From: Schmidtea polychroa
Taxonomy: Eukaryota
DNA length: 64,000 nucleotides
NCBI GenBank assembly: GCA_044892525.1
Contig: CM097885.1
Location: forward strand, 31,498,001 to 31,562,000
Reading direction: 5' to 3'
Shown: positions 12,597-22,559 of the stretch, piece by piece
Layout: every line of letters starts with the position of its first letter
How positions within the stretch are numbered: position 1 is the first letter of the stretch
The notes under the pieces: model-generated
Database searches by the model: none
The model's input: only the letters and a program-made list of their open reading frames with translations
Told to the model about the DNA's origin: nothing
Translations under genes and position numbers: made by a program

Positions 12597-13229
12597 TACT
12601 ACTACTATTACAATTACTATTATAATTATTACTATTACAATTACTATTTTAATGATAACTGAAATAATTTACATAAAGTTATATTTACATTATATTTACA
12701 TAAAATCTATATTATTATTAAGTTATTAATTAATTAAAAACTATATATTAATAAAATGAAACATACATTTTGATTCGTTATTCGAAACTGAGTCCCCAAT
12801 AGGGATGGGAGCATTCAAATTATACGCAACGGAGGTATCCACTACTGCGGCATTTATTATTGGAAAATTCTTGTTATGAGAAACAGAAGATTCTAAAATG
12901 TTAATGGTAATACAATTTTAATTAAACTAATAAATTACCATTTTGGAATATGTTTGAAATATCTAATATGTCGTCATTTTCGGTAATTGCGGCCCAATCA
13001 CCAAAATAATTGTCTAAATAATAAAGATAATAATAATAATTAAAGTATTTATAATAATTATAAATATACCATTTCCATCATTTCCAGAACCTAATCGCCT
13101 ATTGAAGACTGACGAGTTAACGGTACGAGTTTCTAATTGTAAATTTAATTATTTAATATAAATAAATAAATAAAAATCCTTACCATTTCTCGAAAGAACC
13201 ACATTGATTTTAGTATTAATTGATGACAT
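8414..13229 (-). CDS. Protein-primed family B DNA polymerase (pPolB), spliced; one in-frame TAA at 11039-11041
   Basis: Motifs YADFES, FHNLRGYD, YIDINNLYG, KLYNNSLYGK, GDTDS, RPKCY; EndoVII-like insert CYLC..RDHDH..CRKCN. Predicted exons 13229-13184, 13132-13070, 13013-12939, 12892-12767, 12348-8414, all phase-1 GT-AG. Confidence 0.93.
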
Positions 13230-13393
13230 TTTAAAATTGTAATAAAATAATTATGATGAAATTTGTATTACAATTGTTTATAACGTGATAATATGCCTTT
13301 GTTAATCATGCACGGAGCATGCACCGTTCATGACGGACTTTGTTATTATTGTAATAATATAAAACATAATAATAATTATAAAAATAATAAAAC

Positions 13394-13437
<44 letters not shown>

Positions 13438-13488
13438 ACATAATAATAATTATAAAATAATAAAAACACATTTTTATAAAAACATTTA

Positions 13489-13892
13489 TTATTTAATAGA
13501 CATAAGCCATCCTAAACAATGTTGTCCGCACGTACGAGTTAAAGGGTGTTGATACATTGTTTTATTATATACAATAGGTTTGCCCATTGTTTGTAGTTTC
13601 GAAACCAATAAAGCAGGATAATAGAAACCCATAGGATCGAATACATGTATCTTATCTGGTTTCATATAGATTGCAATCCAATGCTCTCCGCCGAGATGAG
13701 ATGAATGGGTATTGACGATTATGGCTTGATTATTTTTCAAAAATGGTATTTTATCGAGAGGAAAAACTCCTAAAAATTCATTTCCTAATATTTGTTTTCC
13801 AATTCGATTAACCTGAACAGAACTATTTTAATAAATTAAACAGTATAAAAAACAACTTACTCCATGACAACTTTCTGTATTTCTGTATACAT
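13489..13892 (-). CDS. Adenain-like cysteine maturation protease (PRO), 38-nt intron 13823-13860
   Basis: GEHWIA, FDPMG and QHPLTRTCGQHC catalytic motifs; ATG directly follows the MCP stop; GTAAGT...TAG intron restores frame and is conserved in copy 2. Confidence 0.9.
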
Positions 13893-15116
13893 TTATACCA
13901 GAACGGTTCTATTTGCAGTAATTTGAACTTCATTTTCAAATACTCCATATATTATAACATGCACAGGTTCTGTAATAGCTTTTGCAAACTTTATATCTAA
14001 TCGTAAATTTCCATTTTGAGGTAATTGACTCTGATTCAAATCAAAATCTGGGGCCAAAACAAATGTAAAGAATGGATATTTGGTTTTGAATTCTTCAAGA
14101 GTTATGCCGCAATTCAAATTTTTATCTAAATATCCCATATTTCTAACAATACTCTGCATATATGTAGCACAGTAATTGTCACTATCGAAATCTTGAGTAT
14201 ATGTTTCTCGATAATCAGTATTTTTCGACAAAGTTAGAGATGTAACACCAAAGGTTTTGAAAATTGAGCTTGAGGCACTATATGAACCATTATATTGTGC
14301 TTCACCTTGAAATGTTACCAGAATAAAGTTTGGCATTCTTCTATCTCCAAATATTTGTTCCTTATAGAAGGAAGAAGCACCTTTGGCTATTGCAAATGAA
14401 ACAATTTCTTTTGTTTTCAGAGGATAGATTGCATGCTTAGAATTAAGACCCAACTGATGACCTGCTAATACCGACGGATCAACTCGAACTCTTCTTACTA
14501 GTAATTTTGCATCAACTAATTGACATATTGGTTGACCAGCACCACTAGTTAATGATAAAGAAGAATCGGTTCTTTTCAGTCTAATGTGTACATTGACTCC
14601 TGGAAGTAAATATTTTGGTTGATCCATAAAATCGAGTTGTAATGATGAACACATGGTGAAAATCTTTGAGCCTTTAATCCATTTTTTCCGTTCGTCATCA
14701 CTTGCTGCATAACCCATAGGAGTAAGACATGTATTTTTGGTGTCGGTATTATAATTTAAAATAGTTTCTATTATCGCCTTGTGGATATATGTATTGTTGC
14801 CACCTTCAATCTTGATATTATTAAATCCAAGAATAGCATCTTTAAAAAGTGTATGAAACAAAAAATTATTAGGTATTGTAGCATCAGCATCACCCAAAGC
14901 CTTTTTATCTTTATCTATAACCTTGATTTGAACAATCAATAAAGTATCATTCAAATCTAAATATTCTGTTTGAGAACCATTGATGTAAAATTCTACATCA
15001 TTTCTACTATCGGTAATTGAATTCATAGGAAAAACTTCCTCAAATGCCCCAAATTCTATTACAGCCTGGGGCGATGGTCTATCAAATATACATAATTCAG
15101 ATTTACCACAAATCAT
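13893..15116 (-). CDS. Major capsid protein (double jelly-roll, PY/hexon-like)
   Basis: SELCIF, VEFYING..YLDLNDT, QPKYLLPGVNVHIRLKR, GNLRLDIKFAK; size and position typical of Polinton MCP. Confidence 0.88.
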   Translation of the reverse strand: MICGKSELCIFDRPSPQAVIEFGAFEEVFPMNSITDSRNDVEFYINGSQTEYLDLNDTLLIVQIKVIDKDKKALGDADATIPNNFLFHTLFKDAILGFNNIKIEGGNNTYIHKAIIETILNYNTDTKNTCLTPMGYAASDDERKKWIKGSKIFTMCSSLQLDFMDQPKYLLPGVNVHIRLKRTDSSLSLTSGAGQPICQLVDAKLLVRRVRVDPSVLAGHQLGLNSKHAIYPLKTKEIVSFAIAKGASSFYKEQIFGDRRMPNFILVTFQGEAQYNGSYSASSSIFKTFGVTSLTLSKNTDYRETYTQDFDSDNYCATYMQSIVRNMGYLDKNLNCGITLEEFKTKYPFFTFVLAPDFDLNQSQLPQNGNLRLDIKFAKAITEPVHVIIYGVFENEVQITANRTVLV

Positions 15117-15475
15117 TTTGCAAATATAGTTCCATGTCCTTTCATTCGTTTGTTTATACGTGATATTCCATGTCTTTTACGTTTTGGAGCTGGACCTGGA
15201 GGCGTATCTTTTTGAAACATACCTGCAACCCCTGGTAAAACTTTCCCTAATTCAGCTAAAGCATTTGTTTTTAGAGATGGTAATATTTTCTGTTCATTCA
15301 TAATAACATCTTTTGCAGTTTTCATACCAAAACTACCAATACGTTTAAGAATAGGCAATGCAAATCTACCAATTGTTCTCAACCATCCCGATCCGTACTG
15401 TTTACCAATAAAATATGGTAATTCACCGCCAGATTGGCTATCACTATACATACTAATAATATCAGAATTAGCCAT
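15113..15475 (-). CDS. Small basic core/membrane-active virion protein (QxGG/QxGxG motifs plus amphipathic helix)
   Basis: QSGG and QYGSG followed by WLRTIGRFALPILKRIG; basic C-terminus; lies between mCP and MCP; conserved at 38113..38487. Confidence 0.65.
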   Translation of the reverse strand: MANSDIISMYSDSQSGGELPYFIGKQYGSGWLRTIGRFALPILKRIGSFGMKTAKDVIMNEQKILPSLKTNALAELGKVLPGVAGMFQKDTPPGPAPKRKRHGISRINKRMKGHGTIFAK

Positions 15476-16535
15476 CTACTTTACGAAAATGTAATGTCAA
15501 ATGAGTTTTTGAACCTTTTGGAAAGTTTATAAGTTTTCCACTATCATCACGAATATTTATTTCTATATTGTTTATACATGAACTTGCTATTGGTAAATAC
15601 ATGGGATTATCGATATTTATATTGACAACTTCATCATGTTCATATTTTCCAATCCATACCGATTTCAAAAGAGGAACACTGGAATCACCAACAATTATGG
15701 GCTCGATAATGTTAGTATATATGAACATTTGTTGATGATGTTCTAGTATTCTTGGTTTGCGTATACCAGTCGATTTTTCTCTATATATTTGCTTATCTAA
15801 TCCAAGTGAATTTGCCAAATTTTTATCAAATGTAACTTCGCAAATATCCTCATTCAAACTGAAGGTAAACATCAAATCTTTCACAATTTCCAAATTTTTA
15901 AATATGTGTGAACAATTGAACTTTAAATATTTAAGTAATACATCAAGTTTATCAAAATATAATTCATCAGCAAAGATGAATGATTCTTCAACTTCATCGT
16001 TATACGACACAGATATTTTGATTTCTTCTTTCACTATACTGTTTGCTTCAAATAGATTAAAACGTAATAAATACTCGGTCTCCATAACAATATTTTTCAG
16101 CTTATTGCAACCCATTCGTTTGGCATCTTCAATAGTTTCGAATGTTATTGTAAATGGTTTAAAATCACAACTGATATTTAATCCATCCTTGTAAAATATA
16201 TAGCAATGCGAATCTAATATTTGGTTCGGAATATGATATGTTTTATCATAATTACTAATAATAAAGATACCGCTACATGTTTTCACAATATTCCTTTTGA
16301 AATCAATCTTACATTGACTATAAAATGGGAATGTGTTGTACACGAATGTAAAATCTTGCAGTGCAACTTCCCAGTCACCATTTAAAGAAATCGGATTCTG
16401 GAGATTGACCATAAATTTACTGCCTTGATTGTCTGGATGAATTAATGGGCAACTATTGCTCGGTAAAATAGTATAAAAATTCACTTTACTAGGTCCTTTG
16501 CTGATATCCATGACGGGTTTTGATAACCATGCCAT
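15468..16535 (-). CDS. Minor capsid protein (penton, PX)
   Basis: N-terminal FYTILPSNS..L.GDWEVAL and C-terminal FIYTNIIEP..VGD..VPLLK..YLP..IEINIRDDSG..LTLHFRK. Confidence 0.88.
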   Translation of the reverse strand: MAWLSKPVMDISKGPSKVNFYTILPSNSCPLIHPDNQGSKFMVNLQNPISLNGDWEVALQDFTFVYNTFPFYSQCKIDFKRNIVKTCSGIFIISNYDKTYHIPNQILDSHCYIFYKDGLNISCDFKPFTITFETIEDAKRMGCNKLKNIVMETEYLLRFNLFEANSIVKEEIKISVSYNDEVEESFIFADELYFDKLDVLLKYLKFNCSHIFKNLEIVKDLMFTFSLNEDICEVTFDKNLANSLGLDKQIYREKSTGIRKPRILEHHQQMFIYTNIIEPIIVGDSSVPLLKSVWIGKYEHDEVVNINIDNPMYLPIASSCINNIEINIRDDSGKLINFPKGSKTHLTLHFRKVDG

Positions 16536-17110
16536 TTGACATAGTATTGTTTATCCTTGCCGACCTTTTTAGTTTTCAATATTTTTTGAATTCTAAATAC
16601 CTTTGGAGGAGGAATGACTTGTAATTCCTGCTCATAAAATTTCCCTTGTACAATATTATTATCACTGTCTTTGATGACATACATTACAGGATTCTGTTTA
16701 GTATTTATTTTTGAAATTACAAAGACTTCATCATTCCAATTTGTATCAAAATTTTTAATAAATGGTGATGCACTAATTTTACTAATTCTAACATGATCAC
16801 CGACTTTATATTTAGGTTTTGCAATTTTTACAGATTTCTTAGAATAGAATGTTTTTGATGTAATATCAACCGGTCTTAATCCATTCAGTCCTCGGTGTGA
16901 TGAATGATTATAACTTGTTATTATTTTCGGTAAAGCATTTACCCATTTTTTATTACCTTGATGCACGAACAATTTCTTTAATCTATCTCTCAATGTTCGA
17001 TTAAATCTTTCAACATGGGCAGCTTTGTATTGAGAATGTACCGAGTAGTGATTTATTTTCAGTTTATCGAGGACTTGCTTAACTTTGCTATTGTAGAATT
17101 CTTTACCTAA

Positions 17111-17172
<62 letters not shown>

Positions 17173-17575
17173 TAATAATAATAATACCCAAATCTGTTTG
17201 CAAGTTATTAGGATGTCCATCTTTAAATAAAATATTAATTGCCTTGGACATTTCATCTGCAGATTTTGCCTTGACTGGTATTGCTTGTGCAAACCTGCTG
17301 TATACATTAATACATGTTAAAATATATTTATTCCCATTGTTAATTTTCGAATACGGTATCATCTCCATCAAATCCATTTGCCATAAATCGTCAATACCAA
17401 ATGTTTTATAGGCTCTTGTTGGAAATCTTTTCCGCATTGGTTTGTTCAAACTGTACGCAAGCTGATCTGATAACCACTTCTGGGTTTCTTTTTTCGAATT
17501 CGGAACTCTTTTCTTTAATTTTGCCACTCCACCGAAACCGGCTTCGTCTTCTGGGTTCGTCCAAATCTTCTCCAT
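16481..17575 (-). CDS. Retroviral-like (rve) integrase with C-terminal chromodomain; (ATT)n intron 17107-17187
   Basis: WQMDL, QTDLG|KEF and VERFNRTL (DDE triad); chromodomain YYVKWHGY..SWI. The poly-Ile tract is a GT..TTTTAG intron. Confidence 0.93.
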
Positions 17576-17633
17576 TACAGCAAGAAGATTTAAAATTAAA
17601 ATTTAAATTAGGTAATGAAGGATTAGCACCCAT
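17406..17633 (-). CDS. Candidate overprinted, N-myristoylated small protein overlapping the integrase 5' end
   Basis: Starts MGANPS..SSCC, ACAATGG context 3 nt after the upstream stop; open at the same length in copy 2 (35995..36222). Confidence 0.5.
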   Translation of the reverse strand: MGANPSLPNLNFNFKSSCCNGEDLDEPRRRSRFRWSGKIKEKSSEFEKRNPEVVIRSACVQFEQTNAEKISNKSL

Positions 17634-17636
17634 TGT

Positions 17637-18170
17637 TTATGATTGATTTCCTACAACTCCACCTAATAATGATAATGCCAGAGGTATCAATGCACCAATA
17701 AATCCACCTTGTTGTTTATATATAATTTTCCTCATTTGCTTACGATTTTTATTATTTACTAATGATAACAAAGGTTTCCTATGTTTGCTCAATAAATGCT
17801 TTTTTGATTTACTGATTTTAATTTTGCCTTTGACTACTTTAAGTATAATATTGAGTAAATCATCGACAACAAAATTTGGGAATGATTGCAATATATTCAT
17901 TCTTTTCATACTCGGGGCCTTTAACAATGCATTAAAAAATGGAAAACTGCGATGATTTTTAATTACTTTTTTACCGGCTTTACGGGTTTTACGGGTTTCA
18001 CGTTTAGGTTTAGGATTTTTCGAAATAAGATTCATTGCAGAGAAATTTTCAGTTACAAGTTTTTTAGATGGTGTATAACTAGTTGTTGGTGGAACCTTTT
18101 GAACTTTAATACTCTTTTTAATACTTTTTCTTAATTTCCTAATATTTTTCACCCTTGCTTTTAGAAACAT
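17637..18170 (-). CDS. Lys/Arg-rich core-like protein with C-terminal QQGG and hydrophobic tail
   Basis: Very basic; ends QQGGFIGALIPLALSLLGG; near-identical copy at 35458..35991. Confidence 0.7.
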   Translation of the reverse strand: MFLKARVKNIRKLRKSIKKSIKVQKVPPTTSYTPSKKLVTENFSAMNLISKNPKPKRETRKTRKAGKKVIKNHRSFPFFNALLKAPSMKRMNILQSFPNFVVDDLLNIILKVVKGKIKISKSKKHLLSKHRKPLLSLVNNKNRKQMRKIIYKQQGGFIGALIPLALSLLGGVVGNQS

Positions 18171-18188
18171 TATTATTCATAGAGGTTT

Positions 18189-18815
18189 TCAACTTTGTTT
18201 ATAAACCATGGCACCTTTTGGGTTGAAAATATCTGTTTTTACTCGTAAATCATCGGGACATTGTTGTGTGAAATCAAGAAATATATATCCATGAGGTATT
18301 TTTGTAGCATCTTGAAATGCACTGATAAGAAAATTACGATTGTTAGGGTATGCTTGACGTGCAAGAAAATCAATCACTGTTGCATCTCTAGGATTCTTGA
18401 AAATAACTAAATATTGTACATTTAAATTACGTGTTCGATGTGCACCACCTTGATGAAATAGATTTTGAGTTATAAAAATAACAGTTACACCAACGTGTCT
18501 ACTGATTTTGGTAAATAAATTATTGAAATTCTTTTCTTTATTAGCTTCTTGATACAAATCATCAATAATTATGACATCCCCCTTCTTTAGTCTACTGGAC
18601 CAATTTTTATCAAATCCCTCTACTATTTTCATATTTTTCAATTTACAGAAACTTGATTGAGTCAATCCGTGTTCTTGATCAGCACCTCGATGCCAATACA
18701 TTTTGTTAAATTTTGATTCAAATAAATGTGATTTTAGTAATTTGCAAACAAACAAAGTTTTGCCGCTACCACTTGGTCCGACTATTTGATATACAGCATC
18801 ATTTCTTAGTTCCAT
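18189..18815 (-). CDS. FtsK/HerA (A32-like) genome-packaging ATPase
   Basis: Walker A GPSGSGKT, Walker B IIIDD, SRH..VTVIFITQNLF, FKNPRD, PHGYIFLD. Confidence 0.93.
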   Translation of the reverse strand: MELRNDAVYQIVGPSGSGKTLFVCKLLKSHLFESKFNKMYWHRGADQEHGLTQSSFCKLKNMKIVEGFDKNWSSRLKKGDVIIIDDLYQEANKEKNFNNLFTKISRHVGVTVIFITQNLFHQGGAHRTRNLNVQYLVIFKNPRDATVIDFLARQAYPNNRNFLISAFQDATKIPHGYIFLDFTQQCPDDLRVKTDIFNPKGAMVYKQS

Positions 18816-18931
18816 TTTTAATATTTATTTAAAAATTAATTTTGTTTATATCGTAAAGAATAAATTGATTTAATTACTCTATAATATAACATATATATAT
18901 ATATACTTGATTTTTTAAATATTCAGTAGAA

Positions 18932-19444
18932 ATGTTGACAAATATTAATTATAGAGGTCGTGTGTCTTTGGAAACTGTTGGTATGATGAATTTCCCCAAG
19001 TGTAAACCACAACAATATGTTGACAAAACTGGAAAATATACTATTATATTTTTCAAAAATGGTAAATGTCGTATAATGGGTTGTAAGAAGCCTATCGAAT
19101 TCGAGAATTTGCAATATAATATCAAAGATATTCAAGTTCAAAGTCTTACTATAGCTACCAAGGTTGAACAATCTATTAATTTGAATAATTTAGCAAAGTT
19201 ATTAGATGGAGATTGTATATATGAGCCTGAATTATTTCCCGCTCTGCGTTATACAAAATATAATCCACTATGTGTTAATATATTTTCGAGTGGTAAAATA
19301 GTTGTACTAGGTATTAAAAATTTAGATTTTCATACTATTGTTGAAGGAATTATAAACGATGTAAAGGATTTGATTGGATCTTTAACAATTTCTTCAAATA
19401 TAAGTAACGAGGATTTGCTTGAATATTTATTCAACAATGATTGA
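18932..19444 (+). CDS. TATA-binding-protein-like protein (viral TBP)
   Basis: Two TBP repeats: IIFFKNGKCRIMGCK, and INLNNLA..YEPELFPALRY..VNIFSSGKIVVLG. Confidence 0.85.
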   Translation: MLTNINYRGRVSLETVGMMNFPKCKPQQYVDKTGKYTIIFFKNGKCRIMGCKKPIEFENLQYNIKDIQVQSLTIATKVEQSINLNNLAKLLDGDCIYEPELFPALRYTKYNPLCVNIFSSGKIVVLGIKNLDFHTIVEGIINDVKDLIGSLTISSNISNEDLLEYLFNND

Positions 19445-19805
19445 ACATGAAGGTAACTGTTTTTATTTTAAATTTACTGATTTTTGTTTAGAAACTATAC
19501 TAAAAATTTTGATTGATAAAATTGAAGATTTTTATCCGAATTTGAACAATTCCTTAATGTATTGTGCTCCAGAAGTTGTGTTTTACAAAATTTATGAAAT
19601 AACTGGAATAAATGTAATAGATTTAATTCATATGGATCATGCTACGATTACATGTTATACCGATGATGTTGAAAATTGTGATTTTTGTAAAAATAATATG
19701 CAGAATACTTGTGGGGATGATAGTTGTACATGTTTTGTAAATCTACAGAAACGAGAAATAATTCATGCATTACTTGTGGAATTGCGAAAAAATGTATTGT
19801 TGTAA
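19437..19805 (+). CDS. Orphan accessory protein with Cys-rich C-terminus; 39-nt intron 19453-19491
   Basis: Homologous to 33789..34175 (I..I..FYP/YYP..PE..IY/IF..T); the same short first exon and intron occur in both. Confidence 0.6.
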   Translation: MIEHEGNCFYFKFTDFCLETILKILIDKIEDFYPNLNNSLMYCAPEVVFYKIYEITGINVIDLIHMDHATITCYTDDVENCDFCKNNMQNTCGDDSCTCFVNLQKREIIHALLVELRKNVLL

Positions 19806-20007
19806 TAAAATATAATTATATTTGTTTTGTGATAACCTTAATTAACCTATAATATTTCTTTGTGTACAATAAATCATTTCAGACTTTGTTATTTAGCATA
19901 AAATGAACTAGTTGATCACGTTTTGATCATGCCTGTCACTTGAAACTTGTTTACAATGAAATTAGTATAAAATATCTGGTTCAAATTATTAAATATTATA
20001 ACTACAA

Positions 20008-20602
20008 ATGGATAATCAAATTACAGGTTTGTTGTCGTTTACACATATTCCATTTAGTAGTTTTTTAATCTAGGAGTTTTGAAGAGAAAAAATGCAGATG
20101 CCGCTCAGGAATTCGGAAAAAGGAAATTTAAAGAAGCGACATTATCCACGGAAACCTTGGTCAATGTTCGAGTGGATACAAAAAAGCCAGTCGAATTCAT
20201 GCAATACAAACTAAATTATTTGTATTGTCCAATTTCCTATACATTTAAGGTAAGTTTCTATAAATTATTTTGGATTTTATTATTATTATTATTTATTGTT
20301 AGGAACCAGTAACTCTGGAAAAATGTTTCTACAATGTGAGACTTTCCAAAATCAAGTTTCACGACAAGATGCTATTGGGACAATTATTTCAGAGGATCAA
20401 TGAAAATATTGAATTTGATGATGAAGATATGTTCATTAGAAACGATTTGGATATGATTCCCAATGGTGGTAAGATGAGCAAAATAACCTGCATGGTTACC
20501 ATATTAATTCAAGGGTATAATGTAAGCAGAGACCGAATCAAACCAATTTGGAAAATTATAAAAGCCGAAGATAAGTTTGAAGAGGAACATTGTTCATGTT
20601 AA
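20008..20602 (+). CDS. Three-exon accessory protein, candidate ssDNA-binding (OB-fold) protein
   Basis: Introns 20027-20073 and 20250-20302 join ORFs 20079 and 20336 in frame; homologous to 33022..33450 (TI.IQGY..PIWKI). Confidence 0.6.
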
Positions 20603-20674
20603 ATTTATTTAATACATCTTTATTAGTGTTTTGGTGTTTTTAAATCATTGAAAATAACTAAAGTTTCAAATTTA

Positions 20675-21060
20675 TTAATCTTCAATACAATCTCTTTTCA
20701 TTATATTTTCAACAATATGATCAATACAATTAGTAGAAACAATAGATTCATCTTCTTTAGATTCATTTGGTAATTTATCTGTTGTAGAATTCTCAATACA
20801 TGACTTAAGTTCTTCACTAGGCAAATCAGTATATTCATCTTCTTGCTGGGAAATATTTTCAGATTCATATGACATATCATCTTCATTAATTTCATCGTCT
20901 GAATACGGCCATTTTAATTTCTCTGGAACATTCATAAATTCTCTAACTTTTACATTAGATATTTCCTCTAATTTTTCAATCAAAAAGTTGATTATATATG
21001 CTAAATAAAAAAAAAAAGAATTAATAAACATAAAATTCATATTTTACCTTTTTCCGACAT
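20675..21060 (-). CDS. Small acidic accessory protein; 47-nt intron 21001-21047
   Basis: MSEK|AYIINFLIEKLEEIS...CIDHIVENIMK; homolog at 32534..32889 with the same intron position. Confidence 0.65.
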
Positions 21061-21417
21061 GGTTGAAAATAATTAAAATGAAAAAATAATTATGTTTATA
21101 CTATTATTCAAAAGCAACAAGATGATCGATAGATAGATTATAAGAAAATTAGATATTTCAACACGATACATATAATAAAAAGACAAGCAAACTTGCAATG
21201 ATATTTAACGTTTCAGTTTTTACATTTTTTTTTTAATATTTATTTCAATTATTTCGACAACACAAAAAGTGTCAATTTTTTTACTAATTAATTTTCAGCC
21301 TAACCTACAACTTTTCACAAAAATCCAAAAAAAAAAAAAAAAAAAAAATGAGACCTTTTTAATGAACCATTATTCAATATAATCTATCGAAGGTAATCCT
21401 TAAAATTCCAAATTTAA

Positions 21418-22559
21418 AATGTTCGCAAATGTAAAGCATGTTCAATGTATATTAATGAGTATCATAATATAAACATTTATTTCTTTACCTTTGTTATTAA
21501 TACTTTGAATATTGTAAATAATAAAACTATGTATCAAATAATAATATTCAAAATAAACCAAATTTACAAACTACCGCCCAGCCCCTTCGGGGCGGGCGGC
21601 GGGCGGCGGTTGTGTATGTCGATGATTTTAATTTTTATTAAATTCATTTGTTTGATTTCAAAATTAGATTTGTGTGACGAACCTTGTTAAATTTTTGGTT
21701 TGATGTATTCGAGGAAAAAAAAAAATTGTAAAACATTCTTTTACTATTTAGTTGGAAAATTTGGGAAAATAGTTTTGAAAACTTTTTAAAATTTGAAAAA
21801 TTTTGAGTTGGGAAATTTGGGGAATTTCATTTTTGGGACTTTTTAATTTTTGAAAAAATTTGAGTTGGGAAAATTGTTTTTGGGAATTTTTAAAATTTGG
21901 GAAATTTTTGAGTTGGGAAATTTATTTTGGGGATTGAAAGATTTGTTGAAATGATCAATTTACAGTTTGAATAAAAATCAAAGTTTTTGACACTTGAGGG
22001 TAAGGACTCACCATACATCTTTGAAGGTTTGACCATCACACTCTACTCTCAAATACCTTTTGAATGATGTATATATATTATAAAGTTTGAAAAAATTCGA
22101 AATTTTTTGACCCTTTGAAGGTGAAGGACTCACCATACACCTTTGATTGTATGACCATCATACTCACATCTCAATTACCTTTTGAATGACATGTATTATA
22201 GAGTTTGAAAAAATTCGAGGGTTTTGCACCTTTTGAAGGTTAGGGATTCACCATACACCTTTGAAGGTATGATCATTGTACTCTACTCTCAAATATCTTT
22301 TGAATGATGTATATATTATAGGGATACATGTTAAAAATAACTTGACCTACATATTTTTTATAAACTATATAGTCGTGACCTACTTAATTTGACTTATTTA
22401 TTTATATAGTGTCCTGGAGGTAACATATATTTAAAGTAACTTGACCTACATATTTTAATACCTATATAGTCGTGACCTACATAATTTTAACTTGATCTAC
22501 TTAATTTTAACTTGACCTACTTATATATATGTGTCCTGGAGGTGACACATCTTACTACT
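21418..22559 (-). repeat. Right TIR of Polinton-1
   Basis: Reverse complement of 6375-7561 with few indels. Confidence 0.95.

Larger units (their letters stand above)
6375..22559 (-). mobile_element. Polinton/Maverick (adintovirus-like endogenous virus) 1, full length, 16.2 kb
   Basis: Ends AGTAGT...ACTACT; 6-bp TSD AATTTA at 6369-6374 and 22560-22565; TIRs of about 1.15 kb; pPolB, INT, ATPase, MCP, mCP and PRO genes. Confidence 0.97.

Noticed and set aside
21445..21690. 81-aa ORF at the right TIR
   Set aside because: It is a leftover RING 3' fragment running into non-coding TIR sequence.
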